Part shown: positions 18,040 to 27,132 of the stretch, one piece after another
Layout of the letters: each line of letters opens with the position of its first letter
How positions within the stretch are numbered: position 1 is the stretch's first letter
IMG/VR virus record: IMGVR_UViG_3300035208_006940
From: an uncultured virus (IMG/VR IMGVR_UViG_3300035208_006940)
Taxonomy: Duplodnaviria; Heunggongvirae; Uroviricota; Caudoviricetes
Direction: 5' to 3' (one strand)
DNA length: 64,000 nt
The notes under the pieces: model-generated
The model's input: the letters and a program-made list of their open reading frames with translations, nothing else
What the model was told of the DNA's origin: nothing
The model's database searches: none
Position numbers and translations under genes: made by a program

Positions 18040-19898
18040 GCCCGGTCCGACCAGTCCACGCCTCGCAGCGGGTGTACGGCCTTCAAAGCCTCCGGGTCCG
18101 CCGCCAGCCGAGACACCTCGGCCAGGTTGGGCCAGCGGCGCGCACGATAGAACAACGCGCAGGTGCCGATGTTCACGGCCTGGGCAAAGTCGTCCGGGCC
18201 GACCTGTTCGCTCTGAATCACCGTGTGGATCGGCGTGCCGGTGGCACTCTGGACCTCGTCTTCCATCAGCGACAGGAAGTCGTGCAGCAGTCCTCGCTGC
18301 TCCACGCCCTTGTAGTCGTACTGGAAGAACTTCAACCGGCCGAACTTGATCAGGAAGCACGTCTGCAGTAGCGAACGGGACTTGTCCAAGCGGTAGTGCT
18401 CCCGCTGCAACGTGCGGCGGTTCTGTGGAATGCGTCGCATGATCGGACCGGCGGCCGCACGGAACAGGGCCACGGGGATGATCCGCTTGATCGGGTAGCC
18501 CGAGTTGACGAACAGCGTTTCGCGGATCGCACCGGCACCCGTGTAGTCGTGGGCGATGTGGGAGCAGTGGAACTCGGCACACAGCTTGAGGATCACGCTC
18601 GCTTCCAGGTTGTGATCGTGCGGCGTGAGGGATCGCCAGCCAAACGGAACATGGATCGTGCCGTCCGGGAGCATGCAACACAGAGCGGCCACGGTGAAGC
18701 TGATCTCTTTCTCGCCGCCTCCGCCCCAGTCCACCGCCAGGATCCGGTGGATGTAGTCGTTGCGGTTCTTGCGAATCCGCTCAACCTCGCCGTTGGGTCC
18801 CAGGATGGCAGCTCGTTTGAGATCCGTGATCGTGACCAGCTTGGCCCCGATGTCGTACGACTCGCCACACACCTCGTTGTAGAAGACGTTGGTGGGTGTG
18901 TTGCCGAAGCCTTGCCGCTTGCCTTGCAGAATGGCCCACTTGTCGTGGCTCGCATAGTGCATCGGCAGCAGCAACTGGGGCACGTGGTAGCCCGAGTACT
19001 CGAACCGCAGCTCGGGGTGCGCGTGAACCCAGCGGCCGCGACGGGGGAAGATGACGCGTTCGCACTTGGCACAGCACGTGCCCGGCCGCTCCTCGCTGAT
19101 GTCGTCGGGAACCGTGATCGGCCCCATCATCTTGTCCAGGTCGTGCGACATGCACGGGATGTTCCAGTAGCCGCACGCTTCGCAGCGGATGCACCACTCG
19201 GCCTGGCTCGACATCTGCCACTGTGTTTCGAGCGTGTTGTCCAGCGTCTTCGGAGTTCCACTGAACTCTTGAATGCCCCAGTTCTTCGATCCCGACATCG
19301 TCTCGCGGATGATGGGGATGAACGCCGGGTCGAGATCCTGGACCTCATCGTAGTGAATGCAGTCGCAGTTCAACCCACGCGTCCGGTCCGCATCGAGAAA
19401 AGCAAAGCTGAAATGGATCGTGGAGTGGGTCTTGAACGACCGCTGCAGCACGTTGTTGTAGCAGGCCTGATCCACAAACAGACTTCGCACAGGAGATTCT
19501 TCAATGAAGCCGCGCACGTAGTTCGATGAGAACCGTCGCGTCATTTCGTACAGCGGCGTCACGTACAGCGTGTTGAAGTACGCGATACTGCTCGACCGCA
19601 GCACGTGCTTGGCTGCACCACTGGTGGACTTGCTGGTCTGCCGCCCACACTTCAAGCACAAGTTTCGGGGAGTGTGGGTCGAGAAGAAGGGCTCGAAGGG
19701 GAAATGATCGAGGAGCTTGTAGGGCTCCCCTTTGAGGTTCAGCATGATCGGTAGGACCGGCTTCAAATTGGCGAGCCGCCCTTCCAACAGTACCCGGCGA
19801 GCCGCCTGGAGTTCTTCAGACAGTTCGCTAGCGGAGAGGCCCGCCAAGCCGCTACCGAAGCCCAGGTCGACGAGGCCACTCTTGTTGCACTGGCACAT
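18036..19898 (-). CDS. terL: Terminase large subunit, lambda GpA-like
   Basis: Walker A CGRQTSKST, Walker B YDEVQD, GTPKT coupling motif, CEAC...CAKC Zn motif, nuclease AVDWGGGG and DDFAQA; start approximate. Confidence 0.9.
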   Translation of the reverse strand: MCQCNKSGLVDLGFGSGLAGLSASELSEELQAARRVLLEGRLANLKPVLPIMLNLKGEPYKLLDHFPFEPFFSTHTPRNLCLKCGRQTSKSTSGAAKHVLRSSSIAYFNTLYVTPLYEMTRRFSSNYVRGFIEESPVRSLFVDQACYNNVLQRSFKTHSTIHFSFAFLDADRTRGLNCDCIHYDEVQDLDPAFIPIIRETMSGSKNWGIQEFSGTPKTLDNTLETQWQMSSQAEWCIRCEACGYWNIPCMSHDLDKMMGPITVPDDISEERPGTCCAKCERVIFPRRGRWVHAHPELRFEYSGYHVPQLLLPMHYASHDKWAILQGKRQGFGNTPTNVFYNEVCGESYDIGAKLVTITDLKRAAILGPNGEVERIRKNRNDYIHRILAVDWGGGGEKEISFTVAALCCMLPDGTIHVPFGWRSLTPHDHNLEASVILKLCAEFHCSHIAHDYTGAGAIRETLFVNSGYPIKRIIPVALFRAAAGPIMRRIPQNRRTLQREHYRLDKSRSLLQTCFLIKFGRLKFFQYDYKGVEQRGLLHDFLSLMEDEVQSATGTPIHTVIQSEQVGPDDFAQAVNIGTCALFYRARRWPNLAEVSRLAADPEALKAVHPLRGVDWSDRA

Positions 19899-20019
19899 GG
19901 GTACTGCATCCTTGCAGGCGACGTAGTGGGTCGCCGAAAACTCTGCTATGCTGAGGTCAGGAGGACCTAGCATTCTCCGCGGACATGATGTCCACACCGC
20001 AATATAGGAGGAGACTGAA

Positions 20020-20301
20020 GTGGGCCACAATAGCGCTTGCTGTCCTGCCGTTGGTGTTCCCGTGCCCTTGGGAATGACCCTCAACAGCGCCAAGAACTTC
20101 TTGGAACGCCAGGGCATCCTCCGCGCGGATCGCTGTCCGATGCCGCGCACTTCACCGGGATGGTGGAAGGTCCACACGATCCCTTTGGCGCCCCCGCTTC
20201 CGCTACCTCCTCTGCAGTTCTACCTCCTGGGCGACCCGCCGCCAGACCGCGGGGTGACCCGCGACTGGCCGCATCCGAAGTCCGTGGAGGACGAGACCTG
20301 A
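20020..20301 (+). CDS. Hypothetical protein (frame uncertain; alternative 20037..20450 has a hydrophobic C-terminus)
   Basis: GGAGGAG RBS before GTG at 20020. Confidence 0.4.
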   Translation: MGHNSACCPAVGVPVPLGMTLNSAKNFLERQGILRADRCPMPRTSPGWWKVHTIPLAPPLPLPPLQFYLLGDPPPDRGVTRDWPHPKSVEDET

Positions 20302-20464
20302 AGGAGCGCATCTTGGACAAAGTCCCGATGCCGGTGGCGGCTACCATGCTCGGTAGCGCCATCTTGGCCATTCCCGTCCTGGGATGGTGGCCACTTGTGG
20401 GAATCGTGGCGGCCGTAGGTGCGGCCGCTGTGGTTGTTCGCAAGTTCTAGCACGGAGGCAACTC

Positions 20465-20857
20465 ATGCAAACGGTTGTTGAATTGGTGCTGTGTGTTTTC
20501 GCTTCGGCTGGGCTGGTGGAGGTTTTCCACCACGGCAGCATATTCCTTCGATTCCGGCGATGGGGGTACGACCACATCAAGCACGACAAATGGGCGGTCG
20601 CTGTGGCTGCCAAGTTCGTGACCTGTGCTTTTTGTGAGTCGCATTGGACCTCCGCCCTTGCCGTGTTCGGGGTGTTTTACACCTCCAAGCTGCTGCCCTG
20701 CATTGGACCGTGGGCGTGGTTCTTCGTTGCCGCGTTCGCGGTCACCCGAGGCGCCAACCTGCTCAATGACTTGACGCATGCCCACTGTCGGTCCCCTCGG
20801 GATGAAGACGAAGACGAGGAAGACCAAACAGCGGAGGTCGACAAGTTCGTCGACTAG
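20465..20857 (+). CDS. DUF1360-like membrane protein
   Basis: GGAGG RBS; TM segments; FVTCAFCESHW motif. Confidence 0.65.
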   Translation: MQTVVELVLCVFASAGLVEVFHHGSIFLRFRRWGYDHIKHDKWAVAVAAKFVTCAFCESHWTSALAVFGVFYTSKLLPCIGPWAWFFVAAFAVTRGANLLNDLTHAHCRSPRDEDEDEEDQTAEVDKFVD

Positions 20858-20872
20858 CCGACTGATCTCACC

Positions 20873-20918
20873 TACCCCGGCGCCTCTTGTGGTTTGAGGG
20901 GCGCCGGGGTATCTTTTC
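20873..20918 (+). terminator. Rho-independent terminator
   Basis: TACCCCGGCGCCTCT/AGGGGCGCCGGGGTA 15-bp stem followed by TCTTTTCT. Confidence 0.8.
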
Positions 20919-20936
20919 TGCACTAGGAGACTCTCT

Positions 20937-21428
20937 ATGGCCGACGAATCTGCTCCGCTCACGTTCCAGGACAAAGTCGCCCTCTTCTTTCGCGACGGGA
21001 TCGTCAAAGCCTGTAAGGAGATCCCCGAGCTGCGATCGGTCGCCGTTATCTTCGACTGGAAGAACGAGCTGAACGAGGGTGCCCTGCCGTTCTTGTGGGG
21101 CAACGAACGAGAATCGATCACCGCCGACCAAGTGCAGGCAATTGTCGGGATGATGGAGCAAACCCAGAAGTTCGTTCAAGCCCAGGCGAAGGTCATGCTC
21201 CAGACCATCGCCCTGTGCCAGCACACAGTGGAACAGTTACATGAAAAAGCGGAAGCTGCCCAGCCGCGAGGGCCCTCGGCCCCGTTGTCCGTTCCCGGCA
21301 TCCCGGAGCCTCCCCCTGGACCTTTCCGACAGCTCCGACATCCCCTTGAAGCGTACTCCTCGCCCGCTGCGGCAAAAGCTTTTGAAGGCCCGGACGCTGG
21401 AGGACATTCTGCGGGCCCTTCACATTAA
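20937..21428 (+). CDS. Hypothetical protein
   Basis: AGGAG RBS. Confidence 0.65.
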   Translation: MADESAPLTFQDKVALFFRDGIVKACKEIPELRSVAVIFDWKNELNEGALPFLWGNERESITADQVQAIVGMMEQTQKFVQAQAKVMLQTIALCQHTVEQLHEKAEAAQPRGPSAPLSVPGIPEPPPGPFRQLRHPLEAYSSPAAAKAFEGPDAGGHSAGPSH

Positions 21429-21918
21429 GGAGTGGGACTACTTGATCGTAGGCGATGGTTCGGCCACCACCTGGGATCACGAGATGGGCTGGGGCTCGAC
21501 CGTCATCGCTCGTGCAGGTTTCCTGCGCCCGCCGCCGTTCCACGGCTCGTTCTCCCGTGGCACGAACATCATGGCGGAGATGATGGCCTTTGTGCATCCA
21601 CTGCTCTGGCTGGCCTCACAGAAACTGGGCCGGGCTGTGGTGCATGTGCTCACCGATTGCGAGATCGTCCGCAACTGCGGCAAGGGCGTGGCCACGCGAA
21701 AGGCCAACTCCGAGCTGTGGTTCATGGTCTCTGCCTTCTCGCGCAAAGGCATCCATGTGCACTACCACTGGATCCCGCGCGACACGATTGCCCTGAACAA
21801 GCTCGCCCACGACCTGGCCAACAAGGCTCGACTCGATGCCAAGGCACTCGCCACCAATCTGGGGGCCGTGATGGGGAAGCACGGGGCCACGATCTACGAC
21901 GTCAATCCAAGCGTCTAG
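21241..21918 (+). CDS. rnhA: Ribonuclease HI-like protein
   Basis: VGDGSA, TNIMAEMMA, VLTDCE, HWIPR, NKLAHDLA: RNase H acidic pattern; start uncertain. Confidence 0.8.
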   Translation: MKKRKLPSREGPRPRCPFPASRSLPLDLSDSSDIPLKRTPRPLRQKLLKARTLEDILRALHIKEWDYLIVGDGSATTWDHEMGWGSTVIARAGFLRPPPFHGSFSRGTNIMAEMMAFVHPLLWLASQKLGRAVVHVLTDCEIVRNCGKGVATRKANSELWFMVSAFSRKGIHVHYHWIPRDTIALNKLAHDLANKARLDAKALATNLGAVMGKHGATIYDVNPSV

Positions 21919-22055
21919 GCAGGCAGGCTCCAACCACCCACCCTTGACCGACCAGGCCCGCCACGGGCCTGTGGTGAGTTCCTGGGGCCTATTCCGGCCA
22001 CGTTCTCGGGCTTCGGTTCCTTCCCTGTCCTGTTTACCCCCCACAAAGGACCAAT

Positions 22056-23018
22056 ATGCCATTCTCAATCCCCACCATAGAGGACCAACACAAACTGGCC
22101 GCTGGTGCTACCGTCCGGGGTCTGCGGTTGAAGGTTTTCAACGACCGGCTCCACTGGCAGCTTCGCGACGAGAAGAACGACGTGATCGTCAACTGGTGGC
22201 CCACGACAGGTCGGACGGAGTTTTGTGCTCCGCACGCGGCCAAGGGGCCCTACCCGACGATCAACAGCGCGGACGACATGCTTGCATTCCTGGACGCCTA
22301 CCGTGTGCGAGGCAACAAAGAGGAACAAGCCAGGGTCATCGTCAGCCCCTACGACATGCAGTCGCTGGGCGAGGTACATCCGAAAGGCAACCCTCACTGC
22401 CTTACTTGTTGCGGCCGCGGCTGGTACGTGGGCGTGATGAACGACGACGCCATGGCACCGGACGGGACGCGGGCCGTGTTTGCTTGCGAAGACTGCAACG
22501 TGTACTCCACGAACATGGACGCAGCGAGGGCTGCTTGCGAGGCGGGCCTGCTCGTCAACAATGCCTACCATCCCTGCTTCATCGCGGACGACCCCACCAA
22601 CAAAATACTGTTCAGCCGCTATGGGTGCCCCAACGGCACAACGACCGGCTGGCAGTTTCAGTTCCAGGCCAAGCTGCGTGTCGAGCTGATTCGGTACGGC
22701 ATCCTGGTGATCGGCCGAGTGTTGTACATGGACGATTCACTGCGACGCGACGAGGACACTACGGAGCCCAAGATCTTGCTCACCGTGCTCGACGACAACT
22801 TCTCGCTATGCTCGGACGCCCATCCGCAGCTGACAGCAAGCAAGCTGTTCGTGCGGGGCGCCAATCGCAAGAAGGACAATCAGCCGTTCGTCGCACGATG
22901 CGAAAGCGAAGTAGAGGCAACGAAGCTCTGTGAACGGATTGCCCGGGCTGTGCGACTGCTCAACCGGCCACAGCCAGTACGAGTCACAAGGTCACTAGAC
23001 GTTCAAGTTCTGGAGTAA
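22056..23018 (+). CDS. Hypothetical multi-module protein (Cys motifs)
   Basis: AAAGGA RBS; CLTCCG...CEDC. Confidence 0.65.
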   Translation: MPFSIPTIEDQHKLAAGATVRGLRLKVFNDRLHWQLRDEKNDVIVNWWPTTGRTEFCAPHAAKGPYPTINSADDMLAFLDAYRVRGNKEEQARVIVSPYDMQSLGEVHPKGNPHCLTCCGRGWYVGVMNDDAMAPDGTRAVFACEDCNVYSTNMDAARAACEAGLLVNNAYHPCFIADDPTNKILFSRYGCPNGTTTGWQFQFQAKLRVELIRYGILVIGRVLYMDDSLRRDEDTTEPKILLTVLDDNFSLCSDAHPQLTASKLFVRGANRKKDNQPFVARCESEVEATKLCERIARAVRLLNRPQPVRVTRSLDVQVLE

Positions 23019-23020
23019 CC

Positions 23021-23629
23021 ATGTCCGACGGATACCGACACCGGTACCCGACGAAGTGCCCGGGCTGTGGCACAGACCTGACCCGAGAAGAAATTATCTC
23101 GGTGGAGTTTACTGCGGCGGACCACGAGTTTGCGCGACGGTCTCGTGTGGACGAAGAGGGCTGGCTGATCGACGTGGACCGGCTAGTCGAGAACGGCTAC
23201 CACTCCGGCAGCGAGTGCGTGCGATGCAACGAGGATCTGACTGAACACGAGATTCACGAGGGGCAGACGTTCTACAAGACCCAGGGCGAAGAAGACAACA
23301 GCGACATGGAGAACCCCTGGTACGTGCGACGGGTCAAGGGCGAATGTATCGCAGTCCTGGACTCGGAGCACCTGGCCGACATGTTGCTGGAGTCGTTGAA
23401 CGGCGACCGGCCGTTGTTGACGCAGCAGGAGGTGTGCACCATCGCTGCCGCGTTGTCCCACTTCGTGGCGTGCTTTCCGGACACAGCGACCGCCCGTGAT
23501 GGTTTCGCGGCCTTCTCGCACGTCACGCCGTTGTTACAGGCGAGCGAGATCGACGCCCTGCGGTTGCGACTGACGGGCGACCCGGACGACGACGGTGTTG
23601 ACGAACCCGAGGAAAAGGAGGACCCATGA
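23021..23629 (+). CDS. Hypothetical Zn-ribbon protein; C-terminus resembles 7450..7620
   Basis: CPGC...CVRC; TIAAALSHF...EIDALRLRL. Confidence 0.65.
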   Translation: MSDGYRHRYPTKCPGCGTDLTREEIISVEFTAADHEFARRSRVDEEGWLIDVDRLVENGYHSGSECVRCNEDLTEHEIHEGQTFYKTQGEEDNSDMENPWYVRRVKGECIAVLDSEHLADMLLESLNGDRPLLTQQEVCTIAAALSHFVACFPDTATARDGFAAFSHVTPLLQASEIDALRLRLTGDPDDDGVDEPEEKEDP

Positions 23630-23979
23630 AGTTCAGCGATCTGGTCACTGCGTTTGTAATCAAGAAGGATTCCGAGAAGGTCAGGCGGAACACCCACGAC
23701 GACTTCAACCTGGGCCCAGGCTGGTACTACCTTGGCGGCCACTGGCCTGACGGCAAGCCCGGCCGAGACGACTGGACCAGTGTATGGGGCGAGGTTCAGC
23801 ACGCCCAGTGCGTCGCAGCCGCCCCAGCCATGTGTGTTGGATTGGGCTGCATCGAGTTCACCCGCGTGGGCACCAAGATCCACGCCATCGCTCGGGACCG
23901 ACGGTTTCTGAGCCAACACGATTTCGGGGAGATCGAGGATCTCCCGGCGGAACTTCAGTTCATTATTCGCGAAAGGTAG
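23626..23979 (+). CDS. Hypothetical protein
   Basis: AAGGAGG RBS; ATGA coupling. Confidence 0.65.
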   Translation: MKFSDLVTAFVIKKDSEKVRRNTHDDFNLGPGWYYLGGHWPDGKPGRDDWTSVWGEVQHAQCVAAAPAMCVGLGCIEFTRVGTKIHAIARDRRFLSQHDFGEIEDLPAELQFIIRER

Positions 23980-23981
23980 TC

Positions 23982-24341
23982 ATGCAGACCAAGACGATCC
24001 ACGTTCCCGAGACGTTCGAGGACCTCCAGGCGCTGATGATCATGGCACAGAAGCCAGCGCCCGCCGGACAGCTCAAGATTCGCATCGCGATGCCCAGCTA
24101 CCTGTCGTCCCGTGTGATGATCACCGGGGAGGATCGAGAGCTGGTCGAATTGGACAAAAACCAGCGGTGGGATGCTGGCGAGTTCGTGCGATGGCTGGGC
24201 AAGCAAGCCGGGCTGGAGCTGCAGCTGCCCGGCGAAGAAGAGGAGGAGCAGGAGGAAGAGGATGCGGACGACGAGGGGGAGGAAGAGGAAACTCCGCCGC
24301 GCAAGAAGCCACCGTTCCCACCGTCCAAGGGCCGCCGGTAG
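23982..24341 (+). CDS. Hypothetical protein with acidic tail
   Basis: AAAGG RBS; MQTKTIHV. Confidence 0.65.
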   Translation: MQTKTIHVPETFEDLQALMIMAQKPAPAGQLKIRIAMPSYLSSRVMITGEDRELVELDKNQRWDAGEFVRWLGKQAGLELQLPGEEEEEQEEEDADDEGEEEETPPRKKPPFPPSKGRR

Positions 24342-24650
24342 TCCCCAATCAGTGCAAGGGTTGGTGCAGTACATGTACTGCACCAACCCGGACGGGGTCT
24401 GACTGATTCAGGCGGACCATCCACCTTTCACTGAGAACCCCAAAGGCGTCAGGCCGAGCTGAGCGAAGCGAAGCGCAGGCCAACAGGAAGCGAGGAGGGT
24501 ACCGACGAGATTCCAGGGATGGAGTCACGAAGTGACGTAATCCCTTAGCTTATAGAGTGTATGCTAACTGGGGACTAATTATTCTTACGGCGGGCCCTCT
24601 GGTAGAATTATTTGACTGAGGGTATAACTTACCCTGTTTAGAGAAAGGAG
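24342..24650. other. Candidate replication origin / priming region
   Basis: Palindrome, GCGAAGC twice, GTCAC-GAA-GTGAC, AT-rich 24540-24640, adjacent Rep-like gene. Confidence 0.45.
24358..24389. repeat. Perfect 32-bp palindrome
   Basis: GGGTTGGTGCAGTACATGTACTGCACCAACCC equals its own reverse complement. Confidence 0.95.
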
Positions 24651-24655
24651 CCTAT

Positions 24656-25666
24656 GTGACTGAGGTGCAACAGTACCCCTGGCACGACTACAAAATCACC
24701 AAGGTCTTCGGCTGTGAAGTGGACAAGGCGGAGCGGTTTGCGATCTCCAATTTGTTCCCCAAACCCGCCGAGGCTGAGGCTGTCGACGACATGCCCGACA
24801 AGTTGGTGGTGATGCAGGCCGCAATGCGGCACATTCAGGATCGCTGGCGGGGTCGGATGAACGCTTTGCGGGCGTCCGGCTGGAAGCGGTTCTCCAAGGG
24901 CAAGGAGTGGCTCTTTGCGCAGACCTGCCCGCCGGTCACGGTGAAGACCAACAAGCCGTTGCGGGTGTGCCACGAGTACCTGATCTGCCCCTTCTGTTGG
25001 ACACGCTACTACGCTCGGGAGCTGTTCGGCCGGGTGGAGTTCGCGATGTACGGTTCCAACCGGGTGAGCTATCTGGACGCCGCGTCGCGGCAGCTCCAGG
25101 AGTACCAGCCGGTGTTCGTGGACTTGGTGACCGTCGTCACGAAGTGGTGGTACCCCGTCGCCAAGTACACCGTGGAAGATCGCTTCCGGGAGATCCAGAA
25201 GCACCGTTCGCGGTTTCTGGACCAGAGTCTGCCCAACGAGGGTGCCTTTGCGCTGTGGACGATTGAGCCCGACCAGATCAACGAGGGTCGCGAGTGGGCC
25301 TGGCTGGTGACCCAGCGTGTGTTGGCCCTGATCAACCCCGGTCAGGAGGATCCGCCGCGGAATGTGGTGGATGACGACGTGCACTGCACGCGAAACGTGT
25401 CGCGGTACGCTGGGGCGACACGCAAGAACTCGGTTCCGGCCGTGGGGCAGGTGTGCCTATATCCGGCGGGATTGCTGCGAGGTCCGGCGGAAATGGTTCT
25501 TCAAATTCTCAAGGCACGCTACACTGACGCCGACTGGGCTGGCGTGGCCGAGGGGAAATATCCACAGCGGGGCGGTGTGCGGATGTCCTCCTACTATGGT
25601 GCACTGCGTAACCGGGAGAAGCGGTTGCGTGGGGTTGCGTCAGCGTTGCCCCGAGAAGAACCATGA
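24656..25666 (+). CDS. Rolling-circle Rep (Rep_1/HUH)-like protein, HUH motif degenerate
   Basis: CHEYLICPFCWTR, FVDLVTV, WLVTQRVLALI, VCLYP and RMSSYYGALR follow the Rep_1 motif order; AAAGGAG RBS. Confidence 0.55.
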   Translation: MTEVQQYPWHDYKITKVFGCEVDKAERFAISNLFPKPAEAEAVDDMPDKLVVMQAAMRHIQDRWRGRMNALRASGWKRFSKGKEWLFAQTCPPVTVKTNKPLRVCHEYLICPFCWTRYYARELFGRVEFAMYGSNRVSYLDAASRQLQEYQPVFVDLVTVVTKWWYPVAKYTVEDRFREIQKHRSRFLDQSLPNEGAFALWTIEPDQINEGREWAWLVTQRVLALINPGQEDPPRNVVDDDVHCTRNVSRYAGATRKNSVPAVGQVCLYPAGLLRGPAEMVLQILKARYTDADWAGVAEGKYPQRGGVRMSSYYGALRNREKRLRGVASALPREEP

Positions 25667-25688
25667 TTTTACGCACGTACGGAGAATT
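25666..25688. promoter_or_regulatory. Copy 2 of the 23-bp quasi-palindromic site
   Basis: attttacgcacgtacggagaatt. Confidence 0.5.
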
Positions 25689-25693
25689 GGACC

Positions 25694-25966
25694 GTGACCG
25701 AGTTGACCGCATCGCAGACCGAGCTGTTGTCGAGCCCCTTGAGTGTGTTGGAAAAGCTGACGGTGCGTACCATCAACACGTTGGAGAAAAACCAGATCCT
25801 CACGGTGCGGGATCTACTGATGACTCGTCCCGAAACGATCCTCTGTTTCGCCAACGTCGGCGAAAAGACTTTGGAGGAGATTTACGCGGCACTGGCTGAG
25901 CACGGCTTCGTCCGTGCAAAGAAAGGAAGATCCCATGGCAGCGGACGAGAAGCCCCGCTTTCGTGA
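25694..25966 (+). CDS. Stand-alone RNA polymerase alpha C-terminal domain protein
   Basis: LTVRTINTLEKNQILTVRDLL...ILCFANVGEKTLEEI matches the alpha-CTD consensus. Confidence 0.85.
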   Translation: MTELTASQTELLSSPLSVLEKLTVRTINTLEKNQILTVRDLLMTRPETILCFANVGEKTLEEIYAALAEHGFVRAKKGRSHGSGREAPLS

Positions 25967-26492
25967 AACCTCTCGCCAGGCATTCCTGGCCGTCATCAAC
26001 AGCTTGACGTTTGCTCGATGCTGTCAAGCATGTGCGGCGGGTGCGTTCCAGGTTGTCCTGTCGCACCCCGAGGATGCTCGGTTCACGCGGCAGGAGATTG
26101 CCAAGTTCACCAACGACACCAACGATAGCATCAGTCGTCGCTGCATCGACTTGGTCGAGATGGGTGTGTTTCGCGAGAACGGCACGCGGTTCAACAAGCA
26201 GGCGGACGGGACGGACGGCCACGAGGCCACCGCCTATGAGTTCACCGGGGAGTGGGGAGCCAAGGGCCAGCGGCCCTACAAGCGGGCGGTCACCAAGATC
26301 GCGCCGAGCGAAGCGCTCTCTCGTCTCATTGTCGAGGTTCGCAAGGTCGCCACGGAAGCTGGCGAGGTGTCGGTCCAGGATGGCCTGGGCGTAGCGGTAG
26401 TCGCTTTGGCCGGGCTCGTGCAGAACCTGGAATACTATGCCAAGGAGGCGGAGGAGCGGCGTCCCCGCACTCCGGAAGAAACGCATGGCTGA
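25935..26492 (+). CDS. Winged-HTH DNA-binding protein
   Basis: FTRQEIAKFT...SISRRCIDLVEMGVFRENG. Confidence 0.6.
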   Translation: MAADEKPRFRETSRQAFLAVINSLTFARCCQACAAGAFQVVLSHPEDARFTRQEIAKFTNDTNDSISRRCIDLVEMGVFRENGTRFNKQADGTDGHEATAYEFTGEWGAKGQRPYKRAVTKIAPSEALSRLIVEVRKVATEAGEVSVQDGLGVAVVALAGLVQNLEYYAKEAEERRPRTPEETHG

Positions 26493-26988
26493 CCGATCCC
26501 GGCCTGAACATCCTCTCATGTGTGCTCACGACGATGGCACGTTCAGTGTGAGCATGCGTCTCACACGGGGGGAACTCAACAGGATCACGCAAGGCTCTGT
26601 ACTGATCACGGGGCTGGCGACACTGCCCGACGATGACGCGGCGCCCATCGACGTGTTTGTTGGGTCTTTGCTGGTCGCGTACTTCGATCCCAAACACAAT
26701 TCGCCTTCCGAGGTGGCCAATCGCATCGGGCGGTTTGCCGTCGACAACGAGATCATCCAGGGTTCCTACCTCATGGTGGAGTTGGACTGGAACGCCCGTC
26801 GCTTGCTCTACGACGATCAGATCGCCACCTTCTCGCCGTCGACTGCGGCCGCCATGATTCTGGGTCCGTACTGGGCCAGGCTTCGCGACTACATTCTCGT
26901 GTACGCGGAAGACGTGGCCGATCAGGTGGCGGCGATGCGGCGGCGTTACCCCGGAATACCCGCGCAGCTGGAGGAGAAAAGACAGTGA
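26485..26988 (+). CDS. Hypothetical protein
   Basis: Operonic ORF. Confidence 0.6.
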   Translation: MADRSRPEHPLMCAHDDGTFSVSMRLTRGELNRITQGSVLITGLATLPDDDAAPIDVFVGSLLVAYFDPKHNSPSEVANRIGRFAVDNEIIQGSYLMVELDWNARRLLYDDQIATFSPSTAAAMILGPYWARLRDYILVYAEDVADQVAAMRRRYPGIPAQLEEKRQ

Positions 26989-27132
26989 AGTTTCACGTGT
27001 ACTCGCCCGTTTTGGAAGCGTACGTCGCCATGGACCTCGCCAGCCGCACGGAGGCCGCGAAGTTCATCGGCAATTACCCCGACAGGCAGGAAGCCAAGCA
27101 AATGACAGTAGTTCTCGCATCTGAGGCACCTC

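Noticed and set aside
18036..20177. Full 713-aa terminase start at 20177
   Set aside because: The first ~93 codons overlap plus-strand ORFs and a hairpin-rich spacer; an RBS-like AAGGA precedes the ATG at 19898
24612..24628. Sigma-70 promoter TTGACT...TATAAC
   Set aside because: The hexamers are only 5 nt apart rather than ~17
26988..27003. Canonical parS (GTTTCACGTG...)
   Set aside because: Only the left half matches TGTTTCACGTGAAACA
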